From Tubiluchus corallicola (taxonomy: Eukaryota > Animalia > Priapulida), in NCBI GenBank assembly GCA_030141605.1, contig JAQGDQ010000562.1:75836-139835 (forward strand): a DNA stretch of 64,000 nucleotides, in the 5' to 3' direction. A model generated the notes under the pieces. It was not told where the DNA came from, did not search any database, and saw nothing but the letters and a program-made list of their open reading frames with translations. This document shows positions 39,501 to 52,479 of this stretch, piece by piece. Both the position numbers and the translations under genes were made by a program. Position 1 is the first letter of the stretch. Every line of letters starts with the position of its first letter.

Positions 39501-42500
39501 CATTGTGATTGCAGGCTGTGAGGAGTACTCAGTGTCTTGCTGTTCCAATACCTTTAACTGATGGTGCACCTGTTGTCAGTGACAAGGTATCGTATATAAA
39601 TAGTTACTGTAGTACTAATCTACTAAAGACAATGTTTAACGAATACTCCTTTTAAAAGTTTCAGCGACTGATGGTGATTGTGAAAAGGTCAAAGGTTAAG
39701 GGTACCAGACAATTGTGTACATTTGACAAAGCCTTGCAGTCCATGCTATTGTAATAGTAACAGCTTTACAGCTGGCTAGAACCTTACCTACTTCATTTTT
39801 TCTTTTTCAAGCATGATCCTGCTAGTAAATCACACTATGCACAGACTAATGCAGAATTAAATAAATTTAACGTAGAACAACTGACGTTACTGAACTGGTG
39901 TGGCAAACGTCTTCGCTTTACCCACACGTCACGTGACGGTTGTAGTTCAGAAGCATTGCTGTGGTACACTTAACCTTTGACCTACAGCAACTGCACACAA
40001 CGAAACTGTGAAAAGGCTTATTATTTAAAATCTTGAAATGCATGCTTTCACCTAGTGTAACAGTGCTGAGGAAACAGTAAACAATGCAGACAGACAGACA
40101 CGTAGGCACAACATGAATAACATTCTATAAATTTAAAGTGATTGATTTTAGGAATAGAGTTTGCAAATCTGCTGATTCAACACAAATTAGCCACGTTATG
40201 AGTTCTGGGAAGTTAAGAACTCACACTTCAAGACCTGGAGATGTTTTCCATTTGGTGAACTTATAATAAATAAGTTGTGATTACAGAGAAGAGTACAATA
40301 TTTGCTCATTTTAGAACCCGTTCTCATATTTTATCCGTCAATCTAATTACCAGGTTCTTATTCAAGGTTTTGTGGGGGTGTTTTTTTTTTGTTGTTTTGT
40401 GTGTGTGTTGTTTGGTTGCAGCTAGTTGGCTGCCTGCCAGAGGTATTGCAGCGGTTTACTTGTTGATGACTCACCTGTCATTTATGTAGTCTTGCATAAA
40501 CATGTGCTTGCATAAAATCTGGGAAAAAGTAAAGTTTTGCATGTGAGCTGAGACTGGAGCAGATTTTCAATACATAAATTATGGCCCGGACAGCTCTGCC
40601 ACTAATCACAACATTGATTAACCAGTTGTCTCGGGATGCAACATTATCATGTTCTTATCCAACATGCAACATGCAACATGTTCTTATCCTGTAACTCTGC
40701 ATTCCTTAAGGTTCGTTTTTGAAAAATGCGTGTCTATAAGCCCTAACTTAACTACGTATCTATAAATAGTACTTGATCTGCAGTTTAAAAAATTGTTTTT
40801 TAATTTGATTTCCGTCGTTGGTTGACAAAAGGTAAGTAAGTCCTACTGCTAACCCTATCATTGAGGTAGATTGAGAAGTGAGTCATATTATTACTCATAG
40901 ATGGCAGCACAGACATCAACAAAGTTTAGCACTGGAATGATCAATATTATGCTTTTTCTACTTGCAGTACTTAGAATATCTTGTGAAGGAATCAAACCGA
41001 ATGATGGAAGAAAATGATGTACAAAAAGACAGGTATGAGACATTTATGATGTGTCTAGCTAGGTCTCCTGACTTGGACACTGTGGGATGTTTTACCATCT
41101 GCATTGTCGTCGCCCGTTCACAGTTTTAGTTCAAGTCAATACTTGGGTAGTCGTGAATTTTTTGGTATTGGGTAACTTTGAGGCAAGATGATGGGCAAAG
41201 TCAAAGGTCATCACAAGGGCAGATCCAGAGCAGTAGCAACAGCTGCACACAGTTATCATGGGAATACTGGGAGGAACTGAGTCAACTCGACATGAGGAAT
41301 AGAGTGACCTGTCAGCTACCGACAACCCAACATAGACAAAAAAACATTTTGCCCCCTTTTCTTCGAATAGTTGCAACTAGTGTCATATAGGCTAATTTTG
41401 TTCCGAAAAATGGCAGGTGTAGGTGCTAGGTGATGTAAGACAACTTTTGGGGTAAAAGGTCACGGGTTGGAATCACAGGATGCCAAGTGCAGCCGGAAAC
41501 ATTAGCATTTGCCAATTGGTGCGTATGATTATTGGGCAATATGTGGACACACTGTTGATCAGATTTTAGACAGGAAAAATTTTTGAACTTTGATCAAATT
41601 TTAGTCACAAGAAATGTCCCTGGTAAATTAGTTTTTTTTTTATGGTAAGAAATTGAGGCACCAGCTAAGATGTGGCTGCAGTACTCCATATAAGGCCAGA
41701 AAATATAACAAAACATAAGGAATTGGGCACAGGCATCGTGTTTTTGTTACATTGTTAGTCAGTTTAAAATGGGAACACAAATCATCGCCATGGAAGTGAA
41801 TATAAGACTGATCAAGAAGAGAAGAAACCATTGCTTTTATGACAGTAGGCAAGTATTGCGATACGAGAAAAGGATGTATAAACGTCTTTTTCACCTTAAA
41901 TGTGACAAGTCAATCATGTATTTCGTACCTTGTTCAAAGACTGTTCAATATGCAGTTCAAGCCCGTGAGACTTTTCTAATAGGGATATTACACTGTGAGA
42001 CATTACAGCATAGTATCGACAGCTAAGCTAACAAGCCTAGAAAATAGTAGATAATCGAGTGTAGTGCTTTTAAAGAATCTGTACAGGTTTATTTAGAATG
42101 TGTGACTAACTGTTCAGTGGATAAGTGAGTGTGAAAGCTGGGGCATCGTATACATTTCTTAGTGAAGTTTTCTTTAGAAAATAATCTTTGTAGCTTTTTC
42201 GTTACACCATTAACTCAAATTTGAATTATTACAATTACATTTATAATGGCTTATCAATGCTAAGTTTGATGTTACAAGAAGTAGCTACAAGCAGAGACAG
42301 TGCCAGTACTGCTTATTTTTAGTAAGTTTTGATGACCAGAAAGTATTAGCTGTTAAGTATATACAGTTGTTATTTAAACTGTCGATGTTATAATTTCTTT
42401 TATTTCTAACTGCAATGTTACTCATTTGTGCGATTTGTAAAACTGGAAGACAGATCGCCAGCCTTTAAATTATGGTAGTATTGGTCATGATAACTGTACA

Positions 42501-42687
42501 AAAATCAAATACTAGTATTTACCTATGCAGTGTAGTGACTGAGGTTAGTGTTATTGCCTGTATTTGGTATCAAACCTGGTGCAGTGTGATGTTATGTCTT
42601 ATCTTATATATGTAATGTACATGTAATTATTTTTTATGCAGGTTTTTGATGAATCTTAAAAGAGCTTATGAAGATGATGTATCTTGA
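33402..42687 (+). CDS. TYW3: tRNA wybutosine-synthesizing protein 3 (methyltransferase), 7 exons, 199 aa
   Basis: Exons 33402-33575, 35360-35428, 37354-37455, 38185-38256, 39515-39586, 40968-41032, 42642-42687 (600 nt, phase-consistent). Motifs DLSRKGSID, FTTSSCSGRI, WHLVSH, FKFEPLILHIQC, SGYRNSGI and AVRST. Confidence 0.94.
34428..34523. mobile_element. 96-bp hAT-type MITE
   Basis: Perfect 8-bp TSD ACGCCGCT; TIRs TAGGGGTAAGCAT / ATGCTCACCCCTA; TTCGA subterminal repeats. Confidence 0.88.
35360..35428 (+). CDS. TYW3: TYW3 exon 2
   Basis: AETKKKGCHWHLVSHVKLEDNAL; cacag / gtgagt. Confidence 0.9.
37354..37455 (+). CDS. TYW3: TYW3 exon 3
   Basis: NDAL...TFKFEPLILHIQCRTLADAQKL. Confidence 0.93.
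38185..38256 (+). CDS. TYW3: TYW3 exon 4
   Basis: LAVSVASGYRNSGISIGKKGKIIL. Confidence 0.93.
38308..38951. mobile_element. Kolobok-like TTAA element (same family as 29353-29960)
   Basis: TTAA-AGCACAGGAAA...TTTCCTTGTCCT-TTAA; shares CTGAAGTAG..TTCAGAAAAATCGCCTTAAAA in reverse. Confidence 0.75.
39515..39586 (+). CDS. TYW3: TYW3 exon 5
   Basis: AVRSTQCLAVPIPLTDGAPVVSDK. Confidence 0.9.
40968..41032 (+). CDS. TYW3: TYW3 exon 6
   Basis: YLEYLVKESNRMMEENDVQKD; phase 0-2. Confidence 0.9.
42642..42687 (+). CDS. TYW3: TYW3 exon 7
   Basis: (R)FLMNLKRAYEDDVS*; ttttatgcag acceptor; AATAAA near 42817. Confidence 0.8.
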
Positions 42688-43975
42688 CAATAATGAAGAT
42701 AATCAAAGTCCCGTATTGTCATTTTTTTTTAGTCATTAAGTCATTTATTTCACCATACACATTTACAGGTTACATATACAATATCTAGTGAAAGGGCCTA
42801 CAATGTATATAATACAAATAAAAAATACTGCACAGAAAAGCTTCAAGCACTATTCACTTATACACGAAGGTAAATGTGTTGTGGGCAATCAAAAAGCAGG
42901 GCTTGTTAGGTTGTCCCACACAGTGATAGAGAAAAAAAGTAATGGAGATAATCTGAAAATTTAAAGTGAATCGTGATAAAAAAACATTAGTGCTTAAAAT
43001 GGAATGATGTAATGAATGAAACTCATATATGGAATGATATAAAAGATAGAAAGACTATTATTTTTTAATAGTATGTAAAATTAAAATAATTTGATTAAGT
43101 TAACACCACTGTTTTGCAACTACTGTGAGGATGGATACTGATAGAAATTTTAATTGCTCACTGATACTTACTTAAAATTTGATTTTTTAGCATTATTTTA
43201 AATCTAGTAATAGATCTGCTATTTTTTGCAGATTGACAAATCTCATTCCAGACTTTTGGTCCTTGATATATTGTAAAATGTTTGGCTATGTTGGCTAGTT
43301 GTCACACAGCTAGTTCAAAAAATAGTTAACAATACATTGTCTATTGGCTTTTAGGAATACCTTCAATGAATACTTGGCAATGGAAATTGACTACTTTAAT
43401 TAATTAACTGGCATAACTGCTGTTTTGTCTTTTATAGCATCATTGTAAGCGTAATGTATAATAGAACCAGGATGATGTTAGCAGTAATTGATGTGATTAC
43501 AGTAAAACTAATCATGTAATGTGTAATATGAAGGATAAAGCCAGTTTAATAAAAGAATTGTTTTCTGTATTATCTATCTAAATCTAAGTAGGCTTTAATT
43601 CGTGGAGATTCTAATACCGTCGTACTAAGCTGTAAAAGTATTAAACAACATTTTTTTGTGAAATGCTAGTCACACTAAAGCAGATGTGGTTGATTATTTT
43701 GTTTTTCTTTATACTATGAGGTGGCGTGAATAGCTGAGCGGTCATGTACATGCGCTAAATCAAGTAAAACGGGTTATATAACTAGGAAGAAAGCTAGCAT
43801 CAAATGATTTCTTCATAAGCGTATAAATGCATATAGTTTTCTCACACCAGCCACATATACATAATGTAATTTATAGTGCTCCGTGCAAAATGACACCAGT
43901 TTTCTTAAATACCATTCCCAGTCATCCAACATTGGTGTGAAAATACAATAGGCAAGAGCTAATGTTAAACGAGTA

Positions 43976-44519
43976 CAGACAAACTTCCTTATAATCCCCC
44001 CCCCTTTATAATGCCAACCTTAATGTCCATATTTTTGGTAAAACACAATATCTGCATTTTTTGCATAAACATGTATTAATGCACCTCATCATAATGTCGA
44101 ACTTGCTATAATACCAATTTTTTGCAGTCTCAAAGCATGCAGTCTGTAGCGGATAGCCCTATAGGCTGAAGCCTAAGGCCCGGGATCAAAAGGGGCCCGG
44201 CAAAATAAAACGAAAAAATTTTTTTTGGTAAAAAAAAATAAATTGACAAAAGAGCAAGGGGCCCGCCAAAATAAAATATAGAAAAAAGTCAGTCACTATA
44301 TTTCAAATCGGGTTTACACAAATCAAGTTTACACAATTTAAGTTTACACAAAGGTGGGCAAAAACTCACAAAATTAAACAAACTTACAAACGACGAGAGC
44401 TCCACAAAAACACGTCAGCTCAGCAGTGTAGCAACATTTAAAAGGCCCGTTCCAAGCTCAAGCCTAAGGCCCATAAAATCATAATCCGCCACTGCATGCA
44501 GTATGAAGAGGTTTGACTG
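43976..44519. mobile_element. Family A Tc1/mariner MITE interrupted by a hAT MITE
   Basis: TA-CAGACAAAC...GTTTGACTG-TA. Confidence 0.65.
44144..44494. mobile_element. hAT-type MITE
   Basis: Perfect 8-bp TSD CATGCAGT; ends CTGTAGCGGAT / ATCCGCCACTG; GGGCCC subterminal motifs. Confidence 0.82.
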
Positions 44520-45796
44520 TAATGCGATATACATTAGAATTTTGTGAGAGTCAAACTAAGTCGTCAAGGATAACAGAAATTGCTTAAATTATCCTGTATG
44601 ACAAATCTCAAGTGTTTTAAACAGCGCTAATCATTAAAAACAGTAAGCAAGAGACATAAGTAATTTATTACCATCTTATATTTATAGTGCAAAGATTACA
44701 GTTTGCCAGTAAATTATTACCGATCCTAAAAACAGATTTTATTAATGCACGTACAAGACAGTTTATACATATATTTGTACATATAAATCATTAGCAAATT
44801 TTAACTATTCATTACCCATTATAACAACAAATATAAATCAGAAACAATTTTTAATGGTTATTGGCACCATCTACTTTTTTTAATTATACTTAATTTTATA
44901 CTCAAAATACATACTTATAAATTGTCATTCAGAATACTGAAAACACTTGTTCTTGCGTAATAAAATAATCTACAAATTAAAAAAGTAAAAGTAAACTCTA
45001 ATCACTTTGATTATTTACTTTCAATAATCTCATTTTGTTAAGGGTAGCTAAACATTGTGCAAGTAGTAGTACTTTCCACCACCAACTGACATCACAGCAA
45101 TGATGGAAAATGCTATCCACAGCATTGTCAAGGCAAAACCACAAAGTAATCTGTTTCACAGTTTTACCATATTGTCTGACAAACTTCAAAAAGACACACG
45201 TAGGATGATTTAATTGATCAGTATAATTTCTACACGTTAGTTCTTAGATAAATAAATTCTCTTTCCTGTTTGCTATGTGAAGAGATTTTGAAAACAGTAA
45301 ACAAGCTCATTTGCTGGTTTAATTTTCATTAAAATCGCACTACTTATCACTTGTTACCTGGCTGCAATGCATCTATAAAAACATTTCAGTAATAAAAGCC
45401 AGGAAAGTATCAGAACAGACATACAAACAGAACAACTTTTTATTAGCCATACAAGTGAAAAAAGACTTGACAAATTTAAATTAAAATGGAACTGACACTG
45501 CAGAATTTTTTAAAATATTTACACTTCGTTTGCTCCTTATTCGTATTTAGCTTCATAAATGCTGGTACTGTGTATAACAAGTTTTGTCTAGGCAAAAGCT
45601 GAAAAAAAACGACTTGGCTATAGAGTAAGCTAATCCAATATCATGCATAAATTACTGTGTCATGAATTTATTGTAATAGCCCGGAAAGCTATTTTTTTCA
45701 ACATTAAAAGTTAAAAATTAAAAGTTTCTAGAAATAGTAAATTCAATGACAAACAATCTCAAAATACAACAATCATTCATAGTTATTCTCTAAAAT

Positions 45797-47539
45797 TTAT
45801 ACATATTTTTCATTGTGCACAGAATTTGCATTGTTTACACCACCCAAATGGAACAAATTACTCCAATCAGTTTTCAATGGAGTAAACGTGCCAAAGCAAG
45901 TTAAGTTAAAAAAATCAATGCAGTTTCTGACAGGACCCCGATTAAACGGGTTACATCGTCTTCCATCTACATGTAAATAGCTGTACTTGCTTCCTTTCAT
46001 GGTCTCATTAGTTGTTAAGGAAAGAAATACAATCTGGTAAATTTGCATAAGCAGCAAACCACTCACTGACAAGAAGTAAGCAGCAGCACAAACGAAAAAG
46101 AACATTACAAACGTATTGCACTGCGCTAATGTTTTGAATTTTTGCCACCAACCGTCTGTTTTCCAGGCATATCCACATGCGTTGTGCCAGTATGCAGCAG
46201 TGCAAATCTGATACAGCAATAAAAGAGCGACAATGAAGACTAAAAATCCGATGAAATACTGGTGATTTGAAGCTCCAACACAATTAGCAACCCACGGGCA
46301 GTGGTGGTCAAATTTGGCCACACATCTGTTACACCAAGCACAGTGCTTTGAACGTAATGGTCTGCGTATGATGCAGGTTGTACAAAATTTGTGGTTGTTA
46401 AGTGTATCTTGTTCGGCAAGCTCTACGATACTGCGGTTTTTCAACTTTGTGTTTGGATATATCACACCTGGGTCAGTCGTGCAACACCTGTAGAAGTAAT
46501 ACAGCACACCTGATGTAATGAATACAATCCATATAAGCTCTCCAGGTGTGTGAAAGTAAGGCCACATGAATGAAAAGTACGTCATGTACATTAACAAGAT
46601 AGTCTCCCACAAAAATGCTAATGGTAAAATCTTTTGAAATCTTTCGTCGGTAAAAACATCTTTTAAAACTCCACCAAAAGATAAGAGCGACATAAAAAAC
46701 AATGTTTTTAACCACCAATTGACATCAGCATTGAGTATAGCAACAAGCAACAATTGGTACACGAAAGGAAAAGCCCACATTACTATGAAACGGAGGTTTC
46801 TGTTCCTTGATACTCTGACAAAGAAGTTAGGATTATCCAAATTTCTTTTTTTGTAAGCCCTTTGAATGATGTCGATCACGTACACATCTTTGCTGTTCAC
46901 AGCAATATCATAAGGTGACTCCCCTTTAGCATTTCTTGCAGTTAAACTGGCTCCACTGTCTAACAGGAGATCAGGAACTGAATAGTTACCAATCATGGCA
47001 CCCCAATGAAGTGGTGTGTTGAGATGCACGGGATCACAAAAAGACACATCGGCACCGAACGCTAACAGGATACGGACTGGGTCAGGTCCAATGACACGAT
47101 AGCAACACCACATGAGCGGAGTCATTCCATTTTTATCAAGCAAGTTTGCATCTTGTCCCTTAGCCAACAAATATGCCAGAATGTGACTATGACCGAGCTG
47201 TGCAGCAATGTGAACCGAAGCAGTCCCTTCACCATCTCTTACTGCGGGATCTGCACCATACTGCATCAGCAGAACTACCATCTCTAACAACCCTTGACGT
47301 ATTGCCCAGTGTAATGGTGTAGCTTGCAGGTCACCACCAATTTGATCTATGAATGCACCTTTGCTTAAATAATACCTGACTAGTTCCTTGCGGTTGTTTA
47401 TGGCTGCCCAGTGTAATAAGCTCACATTTTCTTTGTCCAATGTTCTAACATCAAAACCATTCTCCACTAGCTCTTTGCATCGTTCAAATATACCATACTG
47501 AGTGGCACTAACAATGTCATACTGACTGTAATCAGGCAT
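45797..47539 (-). CDS. ZDHHC17: Ankyrin-repeat DHHC palmitoyltransferase (ZDHHC17/HIP14-like), single coding exon, 580 aa
   Basis: Ankyrin repeats (LLHWAAINN, TPLHWAIRQG, TPLHWG), TM helices, CRD RPLRSKHC...AKFDHHCPWVANCVG, TTNE and NPFNRG. An in-frame TGA lies two codons before the ATG and the exon starts at 47568 after an acceptor. Confidence 0.96.
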   Translation of the reverse strand: MPDYSQYDIVSATQYGIFERCKELVENGFDVRTLDKENVSLLHWAAINNRKELVRYYLSKGAFIDQIGGDLQATPLHWAIRQGLLEMVVLLMQYGADPAVRDGEGTASVHIAAQLGHSHILAYLLAKGQDANLLDKNGMTPLMWCCYRVIGPDPVRILLAFGADVSFCDPVHLNTPLHWGAMIGNYSVPDLLLDSGASLTARNAKGESPYDIAVNSKDVYVIDIIQRAYKKRNLDNPNFFVRVSRNRNLRFIVMWAFPFVYQLLLVAILNADVNWWLKTLFFMSLLSFGGVLKDVFTDERFQKILPLAFLWETILLMYMTYFSFMWPYFHTPGELIWIVFITSGVLYYFYRCCTTDPGVIYPNTKLKNRSIVELAEQDTLNNHKFCTTCIIRRPLRSKHCAWCNRCVAKFDHHCPWVANCVGASNHQYFIGFLVFIVALLLLYQICTAAYWHNACGYAWKTDGWWQKFKTLAQCNTFVMFFFVCAAAYFLSVSGLLLMQIYQIVFLSLTTNETMKGSKYSYLHVDGRRCNPFNRGPVRNCIDFFNLTCFGTFTPLKTDWSNLFHLGGVNNANSVHNEKYV

Positions 47540-47687
47540 GGCTCAGCTGTCAAACTGACGAATATCACCTAAAACAAATAACATTAGGAGTGAATAATTA
47601 CAAGAATGCGATGCAAGAAAGGCAATTTCACTATTACATGCATTTATTTTCTTTTGAATAATAATTACACACATTCCAAGCCTCCAT

Positions 47688-49767
47688 CAGTGGCGTGCAA
47701 TTCATGCAGGCAACGCATGCACTGCATGCCTTCTAATTCCCAAAAAATAATTACGATGAAAAAAGCACTTATAAATGTTTCTAATAATTATTGCTAATAT
47801 TTATTAACATTTTACGCTCCTATAGTATTATAGTGTCGGTAGGCTATAGGTTTTGCAAAATCATTACACTACGCAAGCGACACAGCTGTGTCCATTCACG
47901 GTATTTTCCAATGTGAAAGCACACTCATTACAATTTAGACCGGGAGCTTGAAGGCATGGCTTAATCGAAACTTGTCCAATCACAATTAACCTCAGCATTG
48001 CTTTTATCCCAAGCTTATCCACGAGAGAAATGACGTTCATTCAAGTTGGGTTTTCGTTGCCCAGCTACACCCTGAATGCATCACGTGGTTTGTTTGAGCC
48101 ATTGTTTAATACGTACTGTAGTTGGTCGAGTTCTTTACAGCTCCTGCAGAGTGCCAGTCTACTAGATCATAATTGACGTGGCATCTACCTGTTTCATAAA
48201 TTACTATAGTGTTTAGACTTTTCATTCTGTTAATTTCAGTATTCAGTGCATCAGTATTTGCATTGCTTTAGCATAGTCATCCCGATCATAGGACTTTAGT
48301 GTAATGCAGTAGTTGGACTTCAGTATGCGAGAACTGCATGTGTGGTAAGCATTTGTTTTACATCGTTTTTAAATTAACATATTTTTAATTAGCTGGGTTA
48401 TCAGGGATATAAGACTGCATCATTGAAATTGAATTATACTACTTAATTGTAGATTAGATCTGTGTCAGTTACAATAAATACCTGATGTAATGTGACTCTC
48501 CCGATTTGGAATTTTTAATTGAGATTTCAGTGATAATTTCCCTTTCTCCCAATTTGCCTCCCAGTTGCTACCTCAACCTAAACATAATAATAAAAACTTC
48601 GACCGCTCTGAGATAGAATTTCCTTTCTCCTTGCAGGAAATAGAATCGCCCATCGACGATCCTAGACAATGTGAAAAAAATTGTCTGGGAATGCAGCAGG
48701 GTAGCACAGTGGGTGTGATGTGCCACTGCACTTACTTAGCTGCCCTAATGCAACGTGGCAGATTAAAGCAATATTCTGTGATTCACGCTAGGCTTTTGAC
48801 TTATGGGGCCACTAAATTTAGCAAATTTCACCCAGTTTATGATGACAAGTTACTTGGCAATATGGCAAGCCCCTGTCAAATTGCTAAGAGACAATTGAGT
48901 TTTAATACATTTATACCCAACCACATTTTAGACATGTTAAGATTCATGAGTAAAATTCAAAGGTTTACAGCAGTCTTTTTTCTCGGGTAACTTGTTTGCA
49001 CATTAGGACAAAAAGCCATAAAAGTTTTCCTAAATTTTCCTTTCCAAGCTTCAGAGCTTATAGTTTGGTCGTACTACTTTGCATTTCCACATTACCAATC
49101 AGTCAATTTTGTATGTGCGTAAACCACTTTTAATAGATAAGTGAACTTAGTTTAGAGATCGCTTATCTGTCTCAAATGTAAGGAAACTATTATTATTATT
49201 ATTATTTTACTGTAATTATCAAGTGCTGTAGAAATGTCATTCATTTGAATGAATGAGCTGCACCAGGCTTTCATGTAAGGTTGACCAACCTTTCAGCTAC
49301 TACTGGCCAACGGTTATTTATCTTTGTTTATTTCTAGTTTTCTACATATAACAAAATAATACCACAACAGAAATTTATTATCTGTATCCGGAATTGTTGC
49401 TTTGGTAAATTAATGGTTTTCATGTAGGTTAAAACTTGGTTGTATAATACTTTGTTAAGTATTTTAGGTAAGCCCTGGATAACAGAAACAGAATGAGGCC
49501 CATAATTTGTTGTTTTATCCATAGGGCTGCTGAATTTCAAATGACTACAATATATTCTCTATGTTAGCTACAAAAGTTATAGATTAATTTGCATAAAAAT
49601 TGACTTATTATAAATACATTTTTCACATTTGTGTACCAAAATTTAGATCTCATTTGAGGCCTCCACAATACCCTTATATACAGGAAAATGTGTCGGTGGT
49701 CGGGGCTCCGTCTCCAGACCCCCTAGCTGGTTGCATGCCTTGTTCCACGACCCACTGCATGCCACTG
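47688..49767. mobile_element. 2.1-kb non-autonomous hAT element in the ZDHHC17 5'UTR intron
   Basis: TIRs CAGTGGCGTGCA / TGCATGCCACTG; TSD GCCTCCAT / GTCTCCAT. Confidence 0.78.
49330..49540 (-). mobile_element. LINE reverse-transcriptase N-terminal fragment, decayed
   Basis: NYGPHSV...LPKILNKVLYNQV...QQFR resembles NYRPISVLPxLSKILEKxxYNQL...QFGFR. Confidence 0.55.
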
Positions 49768-50584
49768 GTCTCCATTGATCTACAAACTATGAAATTTTAT
49801 TGCACATATATATCGTGTTACAGCCACATCAAAAGAGAAAAACTGAAATAGTAATTAATTAAGTAGTTTGAGGGGAGTATACGATCATATGGTCATTTGC
49901 ACACTCCACTTGAGAAGTGATCAAATGGATTGAGAAGTGATTTGGCAGTTGCAGGAAGATAATTCATTGCAACTCTGAATCACATCAATACAACAACAAA
50001 TTGTATACAACGACAAACAAAATAAAACGCTCCTTTCTTAGTATAGTTCTAAAAAATTTTGCGGAACAATATTTAAGATAGGGGAAAATTATCTTGCTAA
50101 GCATCACAGTTTTAAATCACTTAACTCCACATGTTCTTACTGGGTATGACTATGAGTGTGTAATAATAACTGAAACAATGTTTGACGATAGCAACTGTAT
50201 TAACAGTGGGAATACGTATAAGTGGTAAAATTCTAATAAAATTGACATTTTACAAGTCCAACTTTTTAAATTTTCATTTGGCTTGCGGCCCTTCAACCCC
50301 CCCCCCCTGCAATTATCTCGATACTAGATACATCTATAAAAATCTCTGGGCTTGGACCATCACCGGGACGCCAACTTTTAGTACCAGGGACAATTGTAAG
50401 GTAACATGAAATGAACAAAACCTTAGTTGAATGAAAATTTAATAAACTGACTGAAGATAAAAACGTGATTAAACTAAAGTATAAAGTAACTTCGTTATTG
50501 AATTTCTATGCCAAAACACTTTTAAAAAGAAAAAGCATTTAAAAACAATCGCATTACGTAAAATATAAATAATTTTGTAAAACG

Positions 50585-50745
50585 CTTACACACAATTAAG
50601 TCTAGATTTATATCCTTAATATTCAAAATCTTGGAAATGTTGAGAGAGTGTCTTTCACACTTATTTAATTTAAGGGCGCGGCCACGCTCGCCTTATAAAA
50701 CTGTAGAAATCTAGACAAAACGAAAACGCGCTGTTTGTCGATAAG
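50585..50745 (-). promoter_or_regulatory. Probable ZDHHC17 non-coding exon 1 and promoter
   Basis: GTAAGC donor on the minus strand at 50589 and a CpG-rich patch at 50673-50730. The CDS exon begins with an acceptor, so an upstream exon is required. Confidence 0.4.
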
Positions 50746-50949
50746 TTGTGCCGTATTGTTCAATTCAATTATTTTATTGGCGATGCACCTTCACTCTGAA
50801 TACATGTAATAAGTTGCTTGATGATTAGTTTTGCAGCTATTTAGAAAAAGGAGCATGCGGGATATTGTACAGTGATTTTTTAAGCAAGTGATTAGTACGC
50901 ATTTCACAAGCTACGGTAAGCTTATTTGTTAGAAGTACGGTTTAGTCTC

Positions 50950-51720
50950 TCCTTATATCTTATGGACTAACTTCTCAACTGACTTTATAATAATTGTGTC
51001 AAAGTCGTCTGTTCTTCTCATTATGATCATGTCTTACCTGGACCAGTATTAAAATAGTTGCAGCCAAGCTGTTTTTTGCACAGGGGTGTATGGAACAAAA
51101 GAGACCTGCTACGGGTTGTTAGGTTTTCGTTAATGTAAACCATGTTAGTTTCCGAAAATCCATTCACTGAGTTGATGTTTTTCCTTGCATCAAAAATCTC
51201 ATCTCGGTCTTCTCTCTTGGTGGATTTAACAATAATTATCGGTGCTGATCTATCCCTCGGGTTTTAGTAAACGATGAGATGTACTTATGTTGGTCTAAAT
51301 TCATTAATTTTGCATTCCTGTGGCCATAATTGCATTGCACACTAGCTCATGTGAGTAGAATGTGGAATACCTACTATCGCTAACATGTCTCGTGTTCCAT
51401 ATTGTTCGAGATTTTCTGCTTCACGCACTTGGGATTGTACAATGTTGACTGTTTGTTTTAATGCATTGTTCTCTCGCTCTACAGTATCTATTCTTTTTTA
51501 AATTCTCTGTTCTCTTGTTTGATTTTGTAATACTTCTTTGCAAAAGAATCTTGGCTTATAGCTATTTCAACAATTCTCTTGTTGAACCCGTTATCAGTTG
51601 ACTCTCTTAAACGTGTTATAGTGCTGTCCTAATCCTGACTCCATCGCAGTCTGCTGTTGCAGCATCAGATTTTTTTGTGAACCTGGGTTTCAGTGGGCAT
51701 CTGACAATCCTTGTGAATGA
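50950..51720 (-). mobile_element. Decayed LINE ORF1 (L2/Crack/CR1-like)
   Basis: Manual translation gives a coiled coil followed by LEQYGTRDMLAIVGIP, a PII(I)VK motif and VYINENLT, with stops and frameshifts. Confidence 0.65.
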
Positions 51721-52479
51721 TGCAGATAACGTCTTTCAGTAAACGTTCCTGCCAGCCCAACGGTAATGGTCAGTACTCACTGTTTGATGACTCGTCTTGC
51801 ATTCAACACAAATTTCAGCATAGATAGTCGCCTTGCAAAAACAAGGAGAAAAAGAAATGAAAAAATATAATAACCGCTTCAAAAAAATCTCTGACGTATA
51901 TATGTGAGCTCAAAAATGGCAAAAATTAATGCTGTTCTGGTTAACGTTAATAGGAATGCTATCATTTGTACCCCATTGAGTAACTGATATAATTAGTTTT
52001 GAATGACTGTTGTTAAGGGTTCTTCCCAACAGCATTTCTTATTCAATTCTTATTAAAATATACATAAGTCACTGGACATTATATTATAGCTTTATACTTT
52101 TAGTAGGCCTGTGTGAGGAGTTTGAATCTATAATGACTTTGAATCGTGCAGTGACTCTAAATTTCATCTTTTTACACCATTTCATATAGTTATGTTTTTG
52201 GACGTTCACGTGCATATTGTATGATATTGTTCGTAACGTAATTTTGTGCCTAGCGTAATCTTCGTAATGTTCATTCAAATTTCGTAATTGCTGTGAAACA
52301 AACACTGCACACTTTTCGGGAGCCGCAGATGTGCTTCATCAGATCTTATTTTAGTTACTTCAAGCGAAGCCGAACACAACCTCAAACTTCATGCCAAAAC
52401 AGTCTACTCTTTAAATACTGAAAAAAAACATACTATTTTTTTCAAAAATGACAAAAATATTAGCACACAAACACAATTT

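Noticed and set aside
48565-48990. 141-aa ORF within the hAT element as a transposase
   Set aside because: It has a TTG start and no recognisable BED finger, DDE or hAT dimerisation motif.
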